Assembly (NCBI GenBank): GCA_000934665.2
Contig: JYFJ02001087.1
Span: 62,001 to 125,757, forward strand
DNA length: 63,757 bases
Source of the DNA: Catajapyx aquilonaris
Taxonomy: Eukaryota
Reading direction: 5' to 3'
Positions 62,601 to 63,757 of this stretch are shown piece after piece. Position 1 is the stretch's first letter; each line of letters opens with the position of its first letter. The notes under the pieces are model-generated. The model saw nothing but the letters and a program-made list of their open reading frames with translations, searched no databases and was not told the DNA's origin. Both the position numbers and the translations under genes were made by a program.

Positions 62601-63757
62601 ATAGGAGGAACCACTAATGCACAAAGTTTGGTTCCTTTGACGAAGGTAATTCTGTTTTGGTGATGGCTAAAAAATATTGAAAGGGCCAGTGTGAAAGTGA
62701 ATATAAGATGAAAGCGTACCTTTGCAATAAAGAGAATCTGGAGTTCACAAATGTGCACTTTGAGATGCCGCATCCAGTAGGAGAACTAATATTGAAACAT
62801 ACAGGATGATGCGATGCCGAATTATTTTATTTATACCCTATGACAAAATGATGTGTGTTTGTAAGGTCGGCTTGTAGCCACGTGGGTGACCATCCTTTCC
62901 AAACATAAGCACCAAAACATGTGACATCAACACCAACCACAGTCACATGAACGTCAACAATCAAAACAGCACCGCAAACTGTCAACAACCCGACACCAAC
63001 ACCACAACACCACAAAACGTCAACATCACACAAAAAAGCTACACTTACTAGGACCACAACACATCCGCATCATTCACAGGAAAACACGATTCCGGATAAT
63101 ATTGATGTAAAATAATATCACTCGAAATACAACAATCGTCGAATATTGTTCGGTTCCCAAGTATATACGATCTCAAATCCATACCTTATCTCATCAAGAT
63201 TTCTGTACTCGCGAGAATCTCGAAGGCACGCAATTTTCTGCACGAATTATATAGGCTAGGGGTATTAAATTTCTATCCATATTAGAGATAAAAAAAAGTA
63301 ACTTCTCCCTTGCGTGGGAACCAAAGTGCTTCCCAAATTGAGTACGGGCCGCTCCATTGCACTGCATCAAGGTTCTCAGGTGCACTGTACACGCACACAA
63401 TCCATAATGCAGTACATGCGTCATTTGGCAAAGTGCGTCACACATACCCGTGAAACAGCCTGTTGAGATGTTGCAGCCCAGCTTGTTGTTGCCTGCACCC
63501 CCGAAATACAAAAAAAAGCAGCGAAAATGGCTCGTGCAATGTTATTTTTCCTACAAGCCTGCCCTAAATCTGCAGCGTTAATCAAGCAGGATTCTTCAAG
63601 CAAGGCTTGACTGGGCAGCACAGGCCATTTCAGGCCCAGCGATCCAATTGAAATCCTTGGCGGAAAAAGGGCAAGGGAGTGGGGGAGACAGCCTTCCTTC
63701 ACTTCCATTCCAGCCTTGTACTGACTGGGTGGGAGAGGGAGGGAGGGAGAGAGAGAG

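Noticed and set aside
62920..63062. CA-rich degenerate repeat resembling a Thr-rich mucin exon or a Val-rich ORF
   Set aside because: In-frame stop in the Thr-rich frame and no convincing splice sites; treated as low-complexity DNA.
47700..63757. Continuation exon of Patj PDZ1 or a nested gene
   Set aside because: I found no exon encoding the expected DGRL...GDQIL segment and no coherent nested gene; small exons could have been missed by eye.

Overview
Eukaryotic, intron-rich genomic DNA, most likely arthropod judging by protein motifs. The ORF track is mostly noise and genes had to be rebuilt from GT-AG exons. Contents: (1) the 3' part of a GluN3-type NMDA receptor gene (+, 10 exons, 399-25465); (2) a complete endoplasmin/GRP94 (Gp93, HSP90B1) gene (+, 31270-35343, about 784 aa, ends HTEL) with a cluster of ER-stress elements in its promoter; (3) two tandem secreted dual-domain C-type lectin paralogs (-, 35856-36964 and 37249-38415); (4) the 5' part of Patj/MPDZ (+, L27 domain and start of PDZ1, 39510-45896), followed by what appears to be a >17 kb intron holding a tRNA-derived SINE, a tiny truncated retroposon and a decayed mariner. 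The standout observation is a pair of tandem, equal-length (137 nt), frame-incompatible, hence apparently mutually exclusive, exons in GRP94. They encode two different versions of the segment known in mammalian gp96 as the client-binding region for Toll-like receptors and integrins. Also notable are an Asn-to-Lys change in the near-invariant SYTANLAAF gate motif of the NMDA receptor and an interlocked ERSE-I/ERSE-II promoter module. No database search or RNA evidence was available, so novelty claims are unverified.
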